NCBI GenBank assembly: GCA_965218545.1
Contig: CBDCLB010000002.1
Location: forward strand, 776,622-840,621
Direction of reading: 5' to 3'
DNA from: Acidobacteriaceae bacterium
GTDB taxonomy: Bacteria; Acidobacteriota; Terriglobia; Terriglobales; Acidobacteriaceae
DNA: 64,000 nt
The translations under genes were made by a program, and so were the position numbers. Of the stretch, positions 8,751-18,133 are shown in pieces. Each line of letters begins with the position of its first letter. Within the stretch, counting starts at the first letter, position 1. The notes under the pieces are model-generated. The model searched no databases and was not told the origin of the DNA. It saw only the letters and a program-made list of their open reading frames with translations.

Positions 8751-8786
8751 CACGCCACGAAGTGGCCGCTAGCCGCGTAAGCGGTT
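8751..8786 (-). repeat. GC-rich ~36-nt intergenic repeat, copy B (REP-like)
   Basis: The minus strand reads AACCGCTTACGCGGCTAGCGGCCACTTCGTGGCGTG and starts on the base after the dnaJ TAA stop. Confidence 0.7.
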
Positions 8787-10022
8787 TTAGGTTTCCACTT
8801 TCTCCCAAATGCCCTCGCGCGGGTCATCCGGGTTGAGCTTCGCGAACTCGCGCAGGATCTCCTTCGAGCGCTCGTCGCGAACTTGCGGAATGGCGAGGTC
8901 GACGGTAACGATCTGGTCGCCGCGCTTGCCTTCGACGGAGGCCGAGGGGACGCCACGCTCCCGCATGCGCAGGCGCTGGCCCGACTGGGTGCCGGGCGGG
9001 ATACGGAGCTGGGCGCGGCCATCGATGGTGGGCACCTCAACCTTCGCGCCCAAGGCGGCTTCGGAGACCGTGACCGGAACGCGGAGGGTGATGTCATCGC
9101 CGTCTCGGGTAAAAACGGCGTTCGCGCCGACTTTCATGACGAGGTATAGATCGCCCGCGGGCGCGCCCAGGGTTCCGGCATTGCCCTTCCCGGCGAGGCG
9201 AATGCGCTGGCCGTCGCGCGTACCGGGCTTAATGCGGAAGTCGACCGTTTCCCCCCGGCGCACCCGGCCTTCGCCGTGGCAGGTGGGGCAGTCGTTTTCA
9301 ACCCGGCCCGAGCCGCCGCAGGTTTTGCACTGCACGTCGAACTTCATCTGGCCGTGCATCTGCGTAACCTTGCCCGTTCCATGGCACTCGGGGCAGGTGT
9401 GGGCACCGCCGGCGTGAGCCTTGCCTTTGCAGGTGGGGCACACCTCGAGCCGGTTGATGTCGATGCGCATAGTGCCGCCGCGAATGGCGGTCCAAAAGTC
9501 GACATGGACCTGGTACTCGAGGTCCGTGCCGGGCTCGGGCTCGACTTGGCGGTTCGCGCCTGAAAACATGCCCGAAAAGATGTCGCGCCAGCCGCCGCCC
9601 CCGGTATTTTGGGCGGCAGGACCGCGGTGGCCTTCGGTGGACTCGAAGTTGGAAAAGTCGAAGCCCGAAAAGTCGAACGGCACCTCCTGGCGTCCGGTCT
9701 GGGGGCGCGCGTTCGCGCCGAAGCCCGCGCCGTAGGCAGGGCCGTAGCCTCCGCGCGCGGCTGCTTCAGCCTGCGCCGGGTCGATCTGGTCGGAGTAAAA
9801 GCCGAGCTGGTCATAGACCTTGCGCTTCTTCTCGTCGCTCAGGATGTCGTTGGCTTCGGAGATTTCCTTGAACTTTTCTTCGGCTTTTTTGTCATTCGGG
9901 TTGACGTCCGGGTGGTACTTGCGCGCGAGTTTGCGGAATGCCTTCCGGATCTCGTCCGGGGTTGCGGTTTTTTTCACGCCGAGCGCGCCGTAGTAGTCCT
10001 TTTGTTGTGGTCCTGCTGGCAT
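8787..10022 (-). CDS. dnaJ: molecular chaperone DnaJ
   Basis: J domain (DYYGALGV...YHPDVNP), Gly-rich linker, and four CxxCxGxG zinc-finger repeats ([32 protein letters not shown]). Confidence 0.95.
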   Translation of the reverse strand: MPAGPQQKDYYGALGVKKTATPDEIRKAFRKLARKYHPDVNPNDKKAEEKFKEISEANDILSDEKKRKVYDQLGFYSDQIDPAQAEAAARGGYGPAYGAGFGANARPQTGRQEVPFDFSGFDFSNFESTEGHRGPAAQNTGGGGWRDIFSGMFSGANRQVEPEPGTDLEYQVHVDFWTAIRGGTMRIDINRLEVCPTCKGKAHAGGAHTCPECHGTGKVTQMHGQMKFDVQCKTCGGSGRVENDCPTCHGEGRVRRGETVDFRIKPGTRDGQRIRLAGKGNAGTLGAPAGDLYLVMKVGANAVFTRDGDDITLRVPVTVSEAALGAKVEVPTIDGRAQLRIPPGTQSGQRLRMRERGVPSASVEGKRGDQIVTVDLAIPQVRDERSKEILREFAKLNPDDPREGIWEKVET

Positions 10023-10025
10023 CGT

Positions 10026-10820
10026 TCAGTCTTTCTGGCAAACCGGGCACCAATAAACGGTGCGGCCCGCCATGGGCTTCGATTTAATTTCCGTGTCGCA
10101 GACACGGCAGGGTTTCCCTTGTCGCCGGTACACGTAGTGCACTTCTTCCTTCAACGCCATTCCGCGCGGGTGGGGGCGGTCTTTGGGGCGCGTGGTCACC
10201 ATGCGGCGGTCTTCCATGCCGTCGCGCATCAGGGTGACGGCGTCTTTCCAGATTGCCTTGAGCTCCTTTGCCGGAACGTCCTTGCCGGGCCGGTCGGGGC
10301 AGATGCGGGCGCGGTACAGGAGCTCCGCGCGATAGATGTTGCCGATGCCGCTCAGGACTCTCTGGTCCATCAATAAGGCCCCTATCGGCGTTTTCCGGCT
10401 TTGCATGAGGGCAAAGGCCGCGCTTGGGTCGGTGTCCTTTAGCAGCGGGTCGGGGCCGATACGCGCTTCGAGCGCCTGCCACTCGTCGTCCGAGAAAACG
10501 CGGCAGTCGGTTGGACCTCGGAGCTCCAGCCAGTCGGTTTTGGTCCACATGCGGAAGCGGAGCGCGCCTTTGGGCTCAGGCATAGGCTGGGTACCCTCCC
10601 AAAAGTCACCGTACTGGCCCAGGTGGACGTGGAGGGTTGCATTGCGTCCGAACCGATATCCGAGGTGCTTGCCGAGGGCCTTGATCTCGAGCAGCTTGCG
10701 GTTGTCAAGGAGCTCCGCATCCGGGAAGCCGCCGTTGGGGGAGTCAACCCGAACCTTTTTGCCCGCGAAGGCCTGGGCCTGGCGCAGGGCGAAGCGGTGG
10801 ATTTCGTGACCTTCAGGCAT
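10026..10820 (-). CDS. Fpg/Nei-family DNA glycosylase (endonuclease VIII-like)
   Basis: N-terminal MPEGHE (catalytic Pro2/Glu3), an H2TH region (LMDQRVLSGIGNIYRAE) and a C-terminal zinc finger CRVC...CPVC. It ends 3 nt before the dnaJ start. Confidence 0.85.
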   Translation of the reverse strand: MPEGHEIHRFALRQAQAFAGKKVRVDSPNGGFPDAELLDNRKLLEIKALGKHLGYRFGRNATLHVHLGQYGDFWEGTQPMPEPKGALRFRMWTKTDWLELRGPTDCRVFSDDEWQALEARIGPDPLLKDTDPSAAFALMQSRKTPIGALLMDQRVLSGIGNIYRAELLYRARICPDRPGKDVPAKELKAIWKDAVTLMRDGMEDRRMVTTRPKDRPHPRGMALKEEVHYVYRRQGKPCRVCDTEIKSKPMAGRTVYWCPVCQKD

Positions 10821-11448
10821 TTAGGCCGCCTTCCCCTTGCGTCGCAATCAATCGTTCGTCAATTTCCCTCAACAAGCGTGGAATTGTACCTGGGCGGCGG
10901 TCCGCTAGCTGTCCGAGTCTGCATACATAGCCATTCTCTGCGTTAGGCAGAACACAAAATGGAACCGGTGTTGTGATCACATCGCCGCTACTTCCATGCA
11001 ATAAGAAGGTGAGAGCCGCATCAAACCCTCTTCCATCTATAATCCAACGTGAGAGATTCTGCAGCTCGTAGGGAACATAACAAAACTTTCCCGGCGATAC
11101 GACGAGCGGACCGGCAAGTTGAAAGCGATGGCTGCTAAATCCCGACCGAACGAGAACCTCATCAATAACGAAACTGCTCGACCCTAAGTTGAAGCAACAT
11201 AGATAGACTTTTGCGGGTGTTCCTGTCGCAACGAGCTCCACGTAACTTTTAGGCTTGCGATCCTGTTCGAGTGACTCATCTTCACGCCTCCAACGTTCTC
11301 TCTGCTCTTTGCCCTTTGAGCGCGAATCGAGGAAGAGGATGAAAGTCACTATGACAAGGGCTGCTGTGACAATAACCAATCCCCAAGTAGCGGAAGTGAG
11401 ATACTTCTCATCGGTCAGCCACTTAGGGATTGCATCCAGCAAACACAT
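10813..11448 (-). CDS. hypothetical membrane-anchored protein (low-GC ORFan)
   Basis: 211-aa ORF in a visibly lower-GC stretch with one N-terminal TM (WGLVIVTAALVIVTFILFL). It overlaps the nei-like start by 8 nt. No recognisable family and no clear SD. Confidence 0.5.
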   Translation of the reverse strand: MCLLDAIPKWLTDEKYLTSATWGLVIVTAALVIVTFILFLDSRSKGKEQRERWRREDESLEQDRKPKSYVELVATGTPAKVYLCCFNLGSSSFVIDEVLVRSGFSSHRFQLAGPLVVSPGKFCYVPYELQNLSRWIIDGRGFDAALTFLLHGSSGDVITTPVPFCVLPNAENGYVCRLGQLADRRPGTIPRLLREIDERLIATQGEGGLNA

Positions 11449-11666
11449 GGGACCTAGTTCCAGATCGCATTGGCGGCGACTGCGCGGAGACGCCAGAAGA
11501 TATCCGGCTGGCGCTGCTGCATTTGCCGCACGAACTCCTTAGCCTCGTTCTCGGAGGGGAACAGCATCGTGCTGTAAACCTGCCCTGCCCGCAACTGCTC
11601 AGCTTGCCAAAAAGTGCTATTCATTTCCGTTCACCTTCCCGTCTTGATGGGCCGCTAGTCTGTATA

Positions 11667-11687
11667 CTTGATAAGACTCCACTCAAC
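11667..11687. promoter_or_regulatory. HAIR-like inverted repeat (candidate HspR operator) upstream of the ORFan-nei-dnaJ-hspR gene string
   Basis: CTTGATA-N7-ACTCAAC compared with the HAIR consensus CTTGAGT-N7-ACTCAAG: 11 of 14 positions match with correct spacing. Confidence 0.35.
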
Positions 11688-11771
11688 CCAAAAAGTTGCG
11701 GAGGGTCTTGCGCCTGCTGGGAGGGCAGATTCTTCTTTCACCAGATTCGGCTTCTTCGTTGGAACAAGGTG

Positions 11772-11799
11772 CCTCAGGTCTCGGAAGCAAGACCTGAGG
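11772..11799 (-). terminator. hairpin downstream of dnaK (candidate terminator)
   Basis: Perfect 10-bp stem CCTCAGGTCT/AGACCTGAGG with an 8-nt loop, ~70 nt after the dnaK stop. The U-tract is weak on either strand. Confidence 0.5.
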
Positions 11800-11866
11800 A
11801 ACCCGTGTTTCTGATTGAACGCCCTCGCCTTTACGCCGAAGGCGTCCTTGCCTGGACGGCCGGTCC

Positions 11867-13786
11867 TTAGGCCTTTGGTTCGACGTCGACGTACTCGGCG
11901 TCGATGACCCCTTCGTCCTGCTTAGGCTGCTCGGCTGTGCCGGCACCGGCGGTTGCTCCATCGGTCGCGACGCCACCCGTGGGCGCGGCCTTATACATGG
12001 CCTCGGCCAACTTGTGCGAGGCACCCGTGAGCTTTTCGTGCTCGCTCTTGAGCTCCGCCGAGCTCGGGCTGCCCGCGAGGACCGCCTTCGCTGATTCGAG
12101 TGCCGACTCGACCTCGGACTTTTCGGCTCCCTGAACCTTGTCGCCGGAGTCCTTCAGCATTTTCTCGATGTTGTAGACCATTGAGTCTAGCCCATTGCGC
12201 GCCTCGATCTGCTCGCGGGCTTCCTTGTCCTCGCTCGCGTGCGCTTCGGCTTCTTTGGCCATCCGCTCCACCTCTTCCTTGCTCAGCCCGGAGGAGGAGG
12301 TAATGGTGATCTTCTGGTCCTTGCCGGTAGCATTGTCCTTGGCCGTCACGTTCAGGATGCCGTTCGCGTCGATGTCGAAGGTGACCTCGATTTGCGGCAC
12401 ACCGCGCGGGGCGGGCGGGATTCCGCTCAACTTGAACTTGCCGAGGGTACGATTTTGCGATGCCATCGGCCGCTCACCCTGGAGCACGTGCACCTCGACC
12501 TCGGTCTGCGAATCGGACGCCGTCGAGAAGGTTTCGGTCTTCTTGGTCGGGATCGTCGTGTTGCGCGGAATCATGGGGGTGGCTACCGAACCCATGGTCT
12601 CGATCGCGAGCGTCAGCGGGGTTACGTCGAGCAGCAACAGATCCTTGACATCGCCTGAAAGCACGCCGGCCTGGACCGCGGCACCGATCGCGACGACCTC
12701 GTCCGGGTTGACGCCCTTGTGAGGCTCCTTGCCGAACAGTCCCTTGACCAGCTCCTGAATCTTGGGCATGCGGGTTTGGCCACCGACCAGGACCACTTCG
12801 TCGATCTGCGCCGCCGTCACGCCCGCGTCCTGCATGGCTTTCTTGCAGGGCTCAAGCGAGCGCTGGAGGATGTCGTCTACCAGCTGTTCGAGCTTGGCGC
12901 GGGTCAGCTTTTCCACCAGGTGCTTGGGGCCGGACGCGTCTGCGGTCACGAAAGGCAGGTTGATCTCTGTTTCCATCGCGGTCGAGAGCTCGATCTTGGC
13001 GCGCTCGGCGGCATCCTTCAGTCGCTGCAGGGCCATTTCGTTGCCCTTGGCGCGAAGGTCAAGGCCTTCCTTCTTCTTGAACTCATCAATGAGCCAGTCC
13101 ACGATCTTCTGGTCGATATTGTCGCCGCCCAGGTGGGTGTCGCCGTTGGTCGCCTTCACCTCGATCACGCCGTCACCGACCTCCAGGATCGAGACATCAA
13201 AGGTGCCGCCGCCGAAATCATAGACGGCGATGGTTTCGTCCTTCTTCTTGTCAAGGCCGTAGGCCAGGGCTGCTGCCGTGGGCTCATTGACGATGCGCTT
13301 GACGTCGAGGCCCGCGATGCGGCCTGCATCCTTGGTAGCCTGGCGCTGCGCGTCGTTGAAGTATGCGGGAACGGTGATGACCGCTTCCGTAACGGACCCG
13401 CCGAGGTAATCTTCGGCTGCCTTTTTGAGTTTCTGGAGGATCATCGCCGAAATCTCGGGCGGGGTGTAGTCCTTGCCCTGGGCCTCGACGACCAGGTGGT
13501 CGCCCTGCTGCTTCACCTTGTAGGGCACCATCTTCATCTCGTCATTGACTTCGTTGGCGCGACGGCCCATGAAACGCTTGATGGAGTAGACAGTGTTTTC
13601 AGGGTTGGTGATGGCCTGCCGCTTGGCGACCTGGCCCACCAACCGCTCGCCGCTCTTGGTGAACGCGACGATAGAGGGGGTGGTACGCCCGCCTTCTTCG
13701 TTGGCGATGACCTTGGGTTCGCCGCCTTCCATAACCGCGACGACAGAGTTGGTGGTGCCGAGATCGATGCCGATAATTTTTGCCAT
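11867..13786 (-). CDS. dnaK: molecular chaperone DnaK (Hsp70)
   Basis: [30 protein letters not shown] and [10 protein letters not shown] are canonical Hsp70 signatures; 639 aa. Confidence 0.98.
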   Translation of the reverse strand: MAKIIGIDLGTTNSVVAVMEGGEPKVIANEEGGRTTPSIVAFTKSGERLVGQVAKRQAITNPENTVYSIKRFMGRRANEVNDEMKMVPYKVKQQGDHLVVEAQGKDYTPPEISAMILQKLKKAAEDYLGGSVTEAVITVPAYFNDAQRQATKDAGRIAGLDVKRIVNEPTAAALAYGLDKKKDETIAVYDFGGGTFDVSILEVGDGVIEVKATNGDTHLGGDNIDQKIVDWLIDEFKKKEGLDLRAKGNEMALQRLKDAAERAKIELSTAMETEINLPFVTADASGPKHLVEKLTRAKLEQLVDDILQRSLEPCKKAMQDAGVTAAQIDEVVLVGGQTRMPKIQELVKGLFGKEPHKGVNPDEVVAIGAAVQAGVLSGDVKDLLLLDVTPLTLAIETMGSVATPMIPRNTTIPTKKTETFSTASDSQTEVEVHVLQGERPMASQNRTLGKFKLSGIPPAPRGVPQIEVTFDIDANGILNVTAKDNATGKDQKITITSSSGLSKEEVERMAKEAEAHASEDKEAREQIEARNGLDSMVYNIEKMLKDSGDKVQGAEKSEVESALESAKAVLAGSPSSAELKSEHEKLTGASHKLAEAMYKAAPTGGVATDGATAGAGTAEQPKQDEGVIDAEYVDVEPKA

Positions 13787-13835
13787 GAATGTGTTTTCCT
13801 CGCCGGAATGCTAGACCGCCACTCGCAGCTTCTCA

Positions 13836-13856
13836 CTTGAGTGGCTTGTTGTCAAC
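13836..13856. promoter_or_regulatory. HAIR-like inverted repeat (candidate HspR operator) upstream of dnaK
   Basis: The plus strand reads CTTGAGT-N7-TGTCAAC, with a perfect left arm (minus-strand ACTCAAG). It lies 50-70 nt upstream of the dnaK ATG. Minus-strand TTGACA within the other arm could double as a -35 element. Confidence 0.45.
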
Positions 13857-13965
13857 TAATCTGATGGCCTCCCGGCGTAGAAGTTGCAAAACTTGCGCTC
13901 GCCGACCCGCATGGAAAAGTGATTGCCGGGGGGGAAGCCGTTAGCATCGGGACAAAGGAGCCTCT

Positions 13966-14139
13966 ATGCCGACGATGATCCTTCAGCTTTCTGAGAGCCA
14001 GAACCGCTTTATGCGGCGCATGGAACAGGGCCAGCATGTGATGTTTCACCGCAAGCGGCCGGGCGGCATCCTTGTTACGCGCATTCTGCACCAGCGCATG
14101 CAACCGGAGCGGCACCTTAGCACGAGCAGCGGCGAATAG
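13966..14139 (+). CDS. candidate small basic protein (57 aa)
   Basis: Below the ORF-track length cutoff. AAAGGAG lies 5 nt upstream of ATG 13966 and third-position G+C is high. Translation: MPTMILQLSESQNRFMRRMEQGQHVMFHRKRPGGILVTRILHQRMQPERHLSTSSGE. No family recognised. Confidence 0.3.
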   Translation: MPTMILQLSESQNRFMRRMEQGQHVMFHRKRPGGILVTRILHQRMQPERHLSTSSGE

Positions 14140-14249
14140 CCCTGTGTAAAGCCGCTGAAAGAGGACTGCGCGTGATTTGCGGCCGCTTAGAGCGAACCCC
14201 TCTCCCAGGACAGACCTTCCCTGCCCATCCGCTACAGTAAGAACAAGCC

Positions 14250-15818
14250 GTGCCTCCCCAATCCCAGCAAAGCAGCTACACCGAGGGCGTCAACCCCTGG
14301 CTGATCGCCATCTCCGTCATGCTCGCCACCTTTATGGAGGTGCTGGACACGGCGATCGCCTCCGTGGCGCTCCCTTACATCGCCGGATCGCTTTCGGCCT
14401 CGAACGATGAGGCGACCTGGGTTTTGACGAGCTACCTGGTCGCGAATGCCGCGATCCTGCCGGCAAGCAACTGGTTTTCGCTCCGGTTTGGGCGCAAGCG
14501 CTTCCTGCTCACCTGCGTGGTGATTTTCACGGTCGCCTCGGTGTTTGTGGGGGCGGCACCCTCGTTGGCGTTTATCTTGCTGGCGCGGGTGGTCCAGGGC
14601 GCAGGCGGCGGGGCGTTGCAGCCGCTTTCGCAGTCGATCCTGCTTGAAAGCTTTCCGCCGGCCAAACGCGGGGCGGCCATGGCCTTGTTCGCCTTTGGGG
14701 TGGTGGTGGCCCCGGTGATCGGTCCGACCCTGGGCGGCTACTTGACCGATGCCTATAGCTGGCGCTGGGCGTTTTACATCAACGTGCCGGTGGGGGCGCT
14801 TGCGTTTTTTATGATCAGCCGGTTTGTCCATGACCCGCCGTACATTAAAAACGCCAAAGTGGGGCCGTTCGATAACATCGGCTTCGGCGCGCTGGCGGTG
14901 TGGGTGGGGTGCCTGCAGATCGTGCTTGACAAAGGGCAGGAGGACGACTGGTTCGGAGCGGTGTGGATTCGCTGGGCGGTCGCGTTTTGCGTGATCGCGT
15001 TTGTGGTCTTTCTTGTCCGGAGCTTCACAGCGAAGCACCCGCTCGTCAATCTGCGATCCTTGCGGGACCGCAACTTCGCGGTAGGCTGCACACTGATCTT
15101 CCTGTTCGGGATCTCGCTGTACTCGCTGGTCACGGTGCTGCCGCTGTTCTATCAGGAGCTACTGGGCTACACCGCCTTTGCAGCGGGCATGGCGGTGTTT
15201 CCGCGCGGGGTGGGGTCTATCCTGGGCATGCCGACCATCGCATTTCTTGGGAACAAGATGGACCCCCGGCTGCTGCTGACTTTTGGTTTTACGGTATACG
15301 GCATCACCTCGCTCGTGTTCGGCAACGTGACACTCGCCATCGGCCCTTGGACGCTGACCTGGCCGATCGTCATCACCGGGTTTGCGCTGTCATTTGTGTT
15401 TGTGCCGATCACGACCGTCTCCTATGGGACCCTGCCGAACCAGGAGATTGGGAACGCGAGCGGCATCTTTAACCTGCTGCGCAACGTGGGCGGCTCGGTG
15501 GGGATCTCGCTCGCGCAAACCTTATTAACGCGGCGGAGCGACCACCACCAGAACGAAATCCTGAACTATGTGCCGCAGTCGGGGGCGGTCTTTCAGCAGC
15601 GTTTGGGACAAATCCAAGGCTACCTGGCGCACCAGACCAGCCCGGCCAATGCCCGCGGGGCGGCGCAGGGGCAAATTTACAGCCAACTCGGCGGCCAAGC
15701 GCTGCTGTGGGCGTTTGTGGATGTGTTCCGGTGGTTGGCGGTCATTTGCTTTATCAATGTCGGGGTGGTTTGGCTGTTTAAGAAGGTAAAAAAAGGCGCG
15801 GCGGCCGGGGCGCACTAG
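14250..15818 (+). CDS. MFS transporter, DHA2 (EmrB/QacA) drug-efflux family
   Basis: 522 aa with ~14 hydrophobic segments. N-terminus [32 protein letters not shown] and the motif LGRKRFLL are typical of EmrB/QacA. Confidence 0.85.
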   Translation: MPPQSQQSSYTEGVNPWLIAISVMLATFMEVLDTAIASVALPYIAGSLSASNDEATWVLTSYLVANAAILPASNWFSLRFGRKRFLLTCVVIFTVASVFVGAAPSLAFILLARVVQGAGGGALQPLSQSILLESFPPAKRGAAMALFAFGVVVAPVIGPTLGGYLTDAYSWRWAFYINVPVGALAFFMISRFVHDPPYIKNAKVGPFDNIGFGALAVWVGCLQIVLDKGQEDDWFGAVWIRWAVAFCVIAFVVFLVRSFTAKHPLVNLRSLRDRNFAVGCTLIFLFGISLYSLVTVLPLFYQELLGYTAFAAGMAVFPRGVGSILGMPTIAFLGNKMDPRLLLTFGFTVYGITSLVFGNVTLAIGPWTLTWPIVITGFALSFVFVPITTVSYGTLPNQEIGNASGIFNLLRNVGGSVGISLAQTLLTRRSDHHQNEILNYVPQSGAVFQQRLGQIQGYLAHQTSPANARGAAQGQIYSQLGGQALLWAFVDVFRWLAVICFINVGVVWLFKKVKKGAAAGAH

Positions 15819-15934
15819 GGTCTGGGTGCCGTTCCGGTAGTCTGAGTAGAGCGGCTGTCGTCGGCACCTGCTTCAGTTGCGACGCCTGGCACTCCGCGAC
15901 GCAGCCCGGCCTCCGTCGCGCAAGGATCCTCCTT

Positions 15935-17557
15935 TTGTCAGCAAACCAGCAAACAGCCATCATCATCGGCGCAGGCCCGGCAGGGCTCACGGCGGCGCTT
16001 GAGTTTTGCCGCCGCTCCTCGATCCGGCCCATCGTGCTGGAGGGGAGCGAACGCATCGGCGGCATCTCCTGCACGATTCGGCACAATGGGAACCGGATCG
16101 ACATCGGCGGGCACCGGTTCTTTTCCAAATCCGACCGGGTCATGGAGTGGTGGACCTCCTTGATGCCGATCGCGGGCGAGGGAGACGAGTTTTCCGTTCG
16201 CTACCGGAATCAACAGCGCGCGGTGAAAGCGGGTCCAGAAGGAGCGGACCCGAACCTGCGGATGTTGGTGCGCCCGCGCAAAAGCCGCATTTACTTCCTG
16301 CGTTCGTTTTTCGACTATCCCCTGTCGCTTTCCGGCGCGACCCTCCGGCGCTTGGGCTTCCTGCGCACTGTGCGCATCGGGGCCAGCTACGGGAAGGCGC
16401 GGCTCTTTCCCCGACGGCCGGAGCGGACGCTCGAGGACTTCCTTATCAACCGGTTCGGGCGTGAGCTGTACCTGACCTTTTTCAAGAGCTACACGGAAAA
16501 GGTCTGGGGCGTGCCTTGCGAGCAAATCTCCGCCGAGTGGGGGGCGCAGCGCATCAAGGGCCTTTCGCTGCGCACGGCGGTGGCGCACTTCCTTAAGAAA
16601 ACCTTTGGGCGCAAGAAGCCGAGCGGCGACCTCGCCCAGAAGAGCACGGAAACCTCGCTGATCGAGCAGTTCCTCTACCCAAAATATGGTCCGGGGCAGC
16701 TGTGGGAGCATGTAGCTAGCCTGGTCCGGGAGGCCGGCGGCGAGGTGAGGACAGGCTGGAAGGTGTGCGGGGTGCACGTTGCGCCTTCCGGCGACCGGAT
16801 CGAGTCGGTCGAAGCGCGTTCGGCTTCAGGAGAAATGGAAACTTTCACGGGGGATTACTTTTTCTCGACCATGCCGGTGCGCGAGCTCCTGCGGGTGATC
16901 GATGCGCCGGTCCCGTCGGAGATCCAGGCGATCTCCGACGGGCTCGCGTATCGGGACTTTATTACCGTGGGTCTTCTGGTAGACAGGCTCTTAGTTACGG
17001 AACCGGACGGCTCCATGCTCAAGGACACCTGGATCTACATTCAAGAACCGGATGTCTCCGTGGGGCGGCTGCAGATCTTCAATAACTGGAGCCCGTACAT
17101 GGTCGCCGACCCAAGCAAGGTGTGGATCGGGCTCGAATACTTCTGCTATGACACCGACCCATTGTGGCAGATGTCGGATGGGGAGATTGCGCGGTTTGCC
17201 ATCGCGGAGGTGACGAAGATAGGCCTGCTGCGGGCCGAGGACGTGCGCGACAGCGCGGTGTTCCGGGTTCCCAAGACCTATCCCGCCTATTTTGGGACTT
17301 ACGAAAGGTTCCCGGAGATCGTCCGCTACATGGACCGCTACGAGAACCTATTTTTAGTAGGCCGCAACGGGATGCACAAGTACAACAACCAGGACCACTC
17401 CATGCTGACCGCGATGACAGCGGTGGATAACATCCTGGCCGGCCGGCTTGATAAGTCGAACCTGTGGGAGATCAATACGGAGCAGGAGTACCACGAGAAG
17501 CGGGCGGAAACCCGCGAAGAAGTCGCGGTGGAGCGGGAGCTAGCCGCGCGTAAGTAA
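15935..17557 (+). CDS. NAD(P)/FAD-dependent oxidoreductase (amine-oxidase/PPO-like fold)
   Basis: N-terminal dinucleotide-binding motif [17 protein letters not shown] followed by [10 protein letters not shown]. The only in-frame start is TTG 15935. Confidence 0.7.
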   Translation: MSANQQTAIIIGAGPAGLTAALEFCRRSSIRPIVLEGSERIGGISCTIRHNGNRIDIGGHRFFSKSDRVMEWWTSLMPIAGEGDEFSVRYRNQQRAVKAGPEGADPNLRMLVRPRKSRIYFLRSFFDYPLSLSGATLRRLGFLRTVRIGASYGKARLFPRRPERTLEDFLINRFGRELYLTFFKSYTEKVWGVPCEQISAEWGAQRIKGLSLRTAVAHFLKKTFGRKKPSGDLAQKSTETSLIEQFLYPKYGPGQLWEHVASLVREAGGEVRTGWKVCGVHVAPSGDRIESVEARSASGEMETFTGDYFFSTMPVRELLRVIDAPVPSEIQAISDGLAYRDFITVGLLVDRLLVTEPDGSMLKDTWIYIQEPDVSVGRLQIFNNWSPYMVADPSKVWIGLEYFCYDTDPLWQMSDGEIARFAIAEVTKIGLLRAEDVRDSAVFRVPKTYPAYFGTYERFPEIVRYMDRYENLFLVGRNGMHKYNNQDHSMLTAMTAVDNILAGRLDKSNLWEINTEQEYHEKRAETREEVAVERELAARK

Positions 17558-17562
17558 AGCGG

Positions 17563-17841
17563 CTACTGCCAGTGATCGCTGCGAAGGTTGACCCACCAGC
17601 AGGGCGACCGTCGTTCGTGCGGAAGCAGGGCCATGACACAGGGCACATCGATGTCGCCGAAATAAACGTAGTGCCAGCGGCCGTTCCCGTCGGAGATCGC
17701 GACATATTGCTTGACGCTGGTGAACGAAGCAACATCCCCGTGCCGCTGCCGCCAAACGAAAACTCCGTAGTCGGCGGCAATGGCCGCCATAAGAGTCAGG
17801 GCGAGCAGGAGCAGCCATGACCGTTTTTCCCGGGAGATCAC
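17563..17841 (-). CDS. hypothetical small membrane protein
   Basis: 92 aa with an N-terminal TM (WLLLLALTLMAAIAA). Its ATG overlaps the stop of the upstream glutaredoxin-like gene by 4 nt. Confidence 0.5.
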   Translation of the reverse strand: MISREKRSWLLLLALTLMAAIAADYGVFVWRQRHGDVASFTSVKQYVAISDGNGRWHYVYFGDIDVPCVMALLPHERRSPCWWVNLRSDHWQ

Positions 17842-18101
17842 CGCGCTTCGGGAGTTGGAGCCTGCAGCATCGCTTCGAGCTTCGCCGGGTCAAAGCCGAT
17901 CATGACCTCCCCGCCCACCTGGAGCGTGGGCGTCGACCGGCTGCCCAGGTCCATCAGTTCGCGAAAGGCTTGTGGATCCGCCTGCACATCCTTGTACTCG
18001 AACGGAACCCCCCGGCTCTGGAGAAACATGCGGGCGGCGAAGCAGGGCGCGCAGCCGGGCTGGCTATAGAGGGTCACCTTGGGGCTGTGTGTGTCAGGCA
18101 T
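17838..18101 (-). CDS. glutaredoxin/NrdH-like redoxin
   Basis: KVTLYSQPGCAPCFAARMFL (CxxC) ...TPTLQVGGEVMIGFD is a glutaredoxin-fold pattern. ATG 18101 is chosen; the longer ORF to 18260 adds an Arg/Pro-rich shadow extension. Confidence 0.7.
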   Translation of the reverse strand: MPDTHSPKVTLYSQPGCAPCFAARMFLQSRGVPFEYKDVQADPQAFRELMDLGSRSTPTLQVGGEVMIGFDPAKLEAMLQAPTPEAR

Positions 18102-18133
18102 ATTGGAAGGATTCCGTTGCGGCGCATTTGGTT

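Noticed and set aside
8614-8786. Calling the inverted repeat pair a bona fide MITE or mobile element
   Set aside because: There are no target-site duplications that I can verify and no transposase in the window, and a solo copy and a half copy exist elsewhere. It is reported as a REP-like repeat instead.
11539-11625. 28-codon minus-strand ORF (MNSTFWQAEQLRAGQGLQHDAVPLRERG) with a GGAAGGTG SD
   Set aside because: It is too short, with no independent support, so it is mentioned only as a possible leader under the HAIR-like finding. An apparent 56-aa version arose from my own misreading by one base; the real frame stops after 28 codons.
12719-13840. 373-aa plus-strand ORF
   Set aside because: It is entirely antisense to dnaK, and its low-complexity Leu/Gly/Asp/Val-rich translation is a shadow frame.
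13852-14115. 87-aa minus-strand ORF upstream of the MFS gene
   Set aside because: It has no SD and an Ala/His/Arg-rich composition. It overlaps the plus-strand 57-codon ORF, which has a strong SD and better third-position G+C. Neither is proven.
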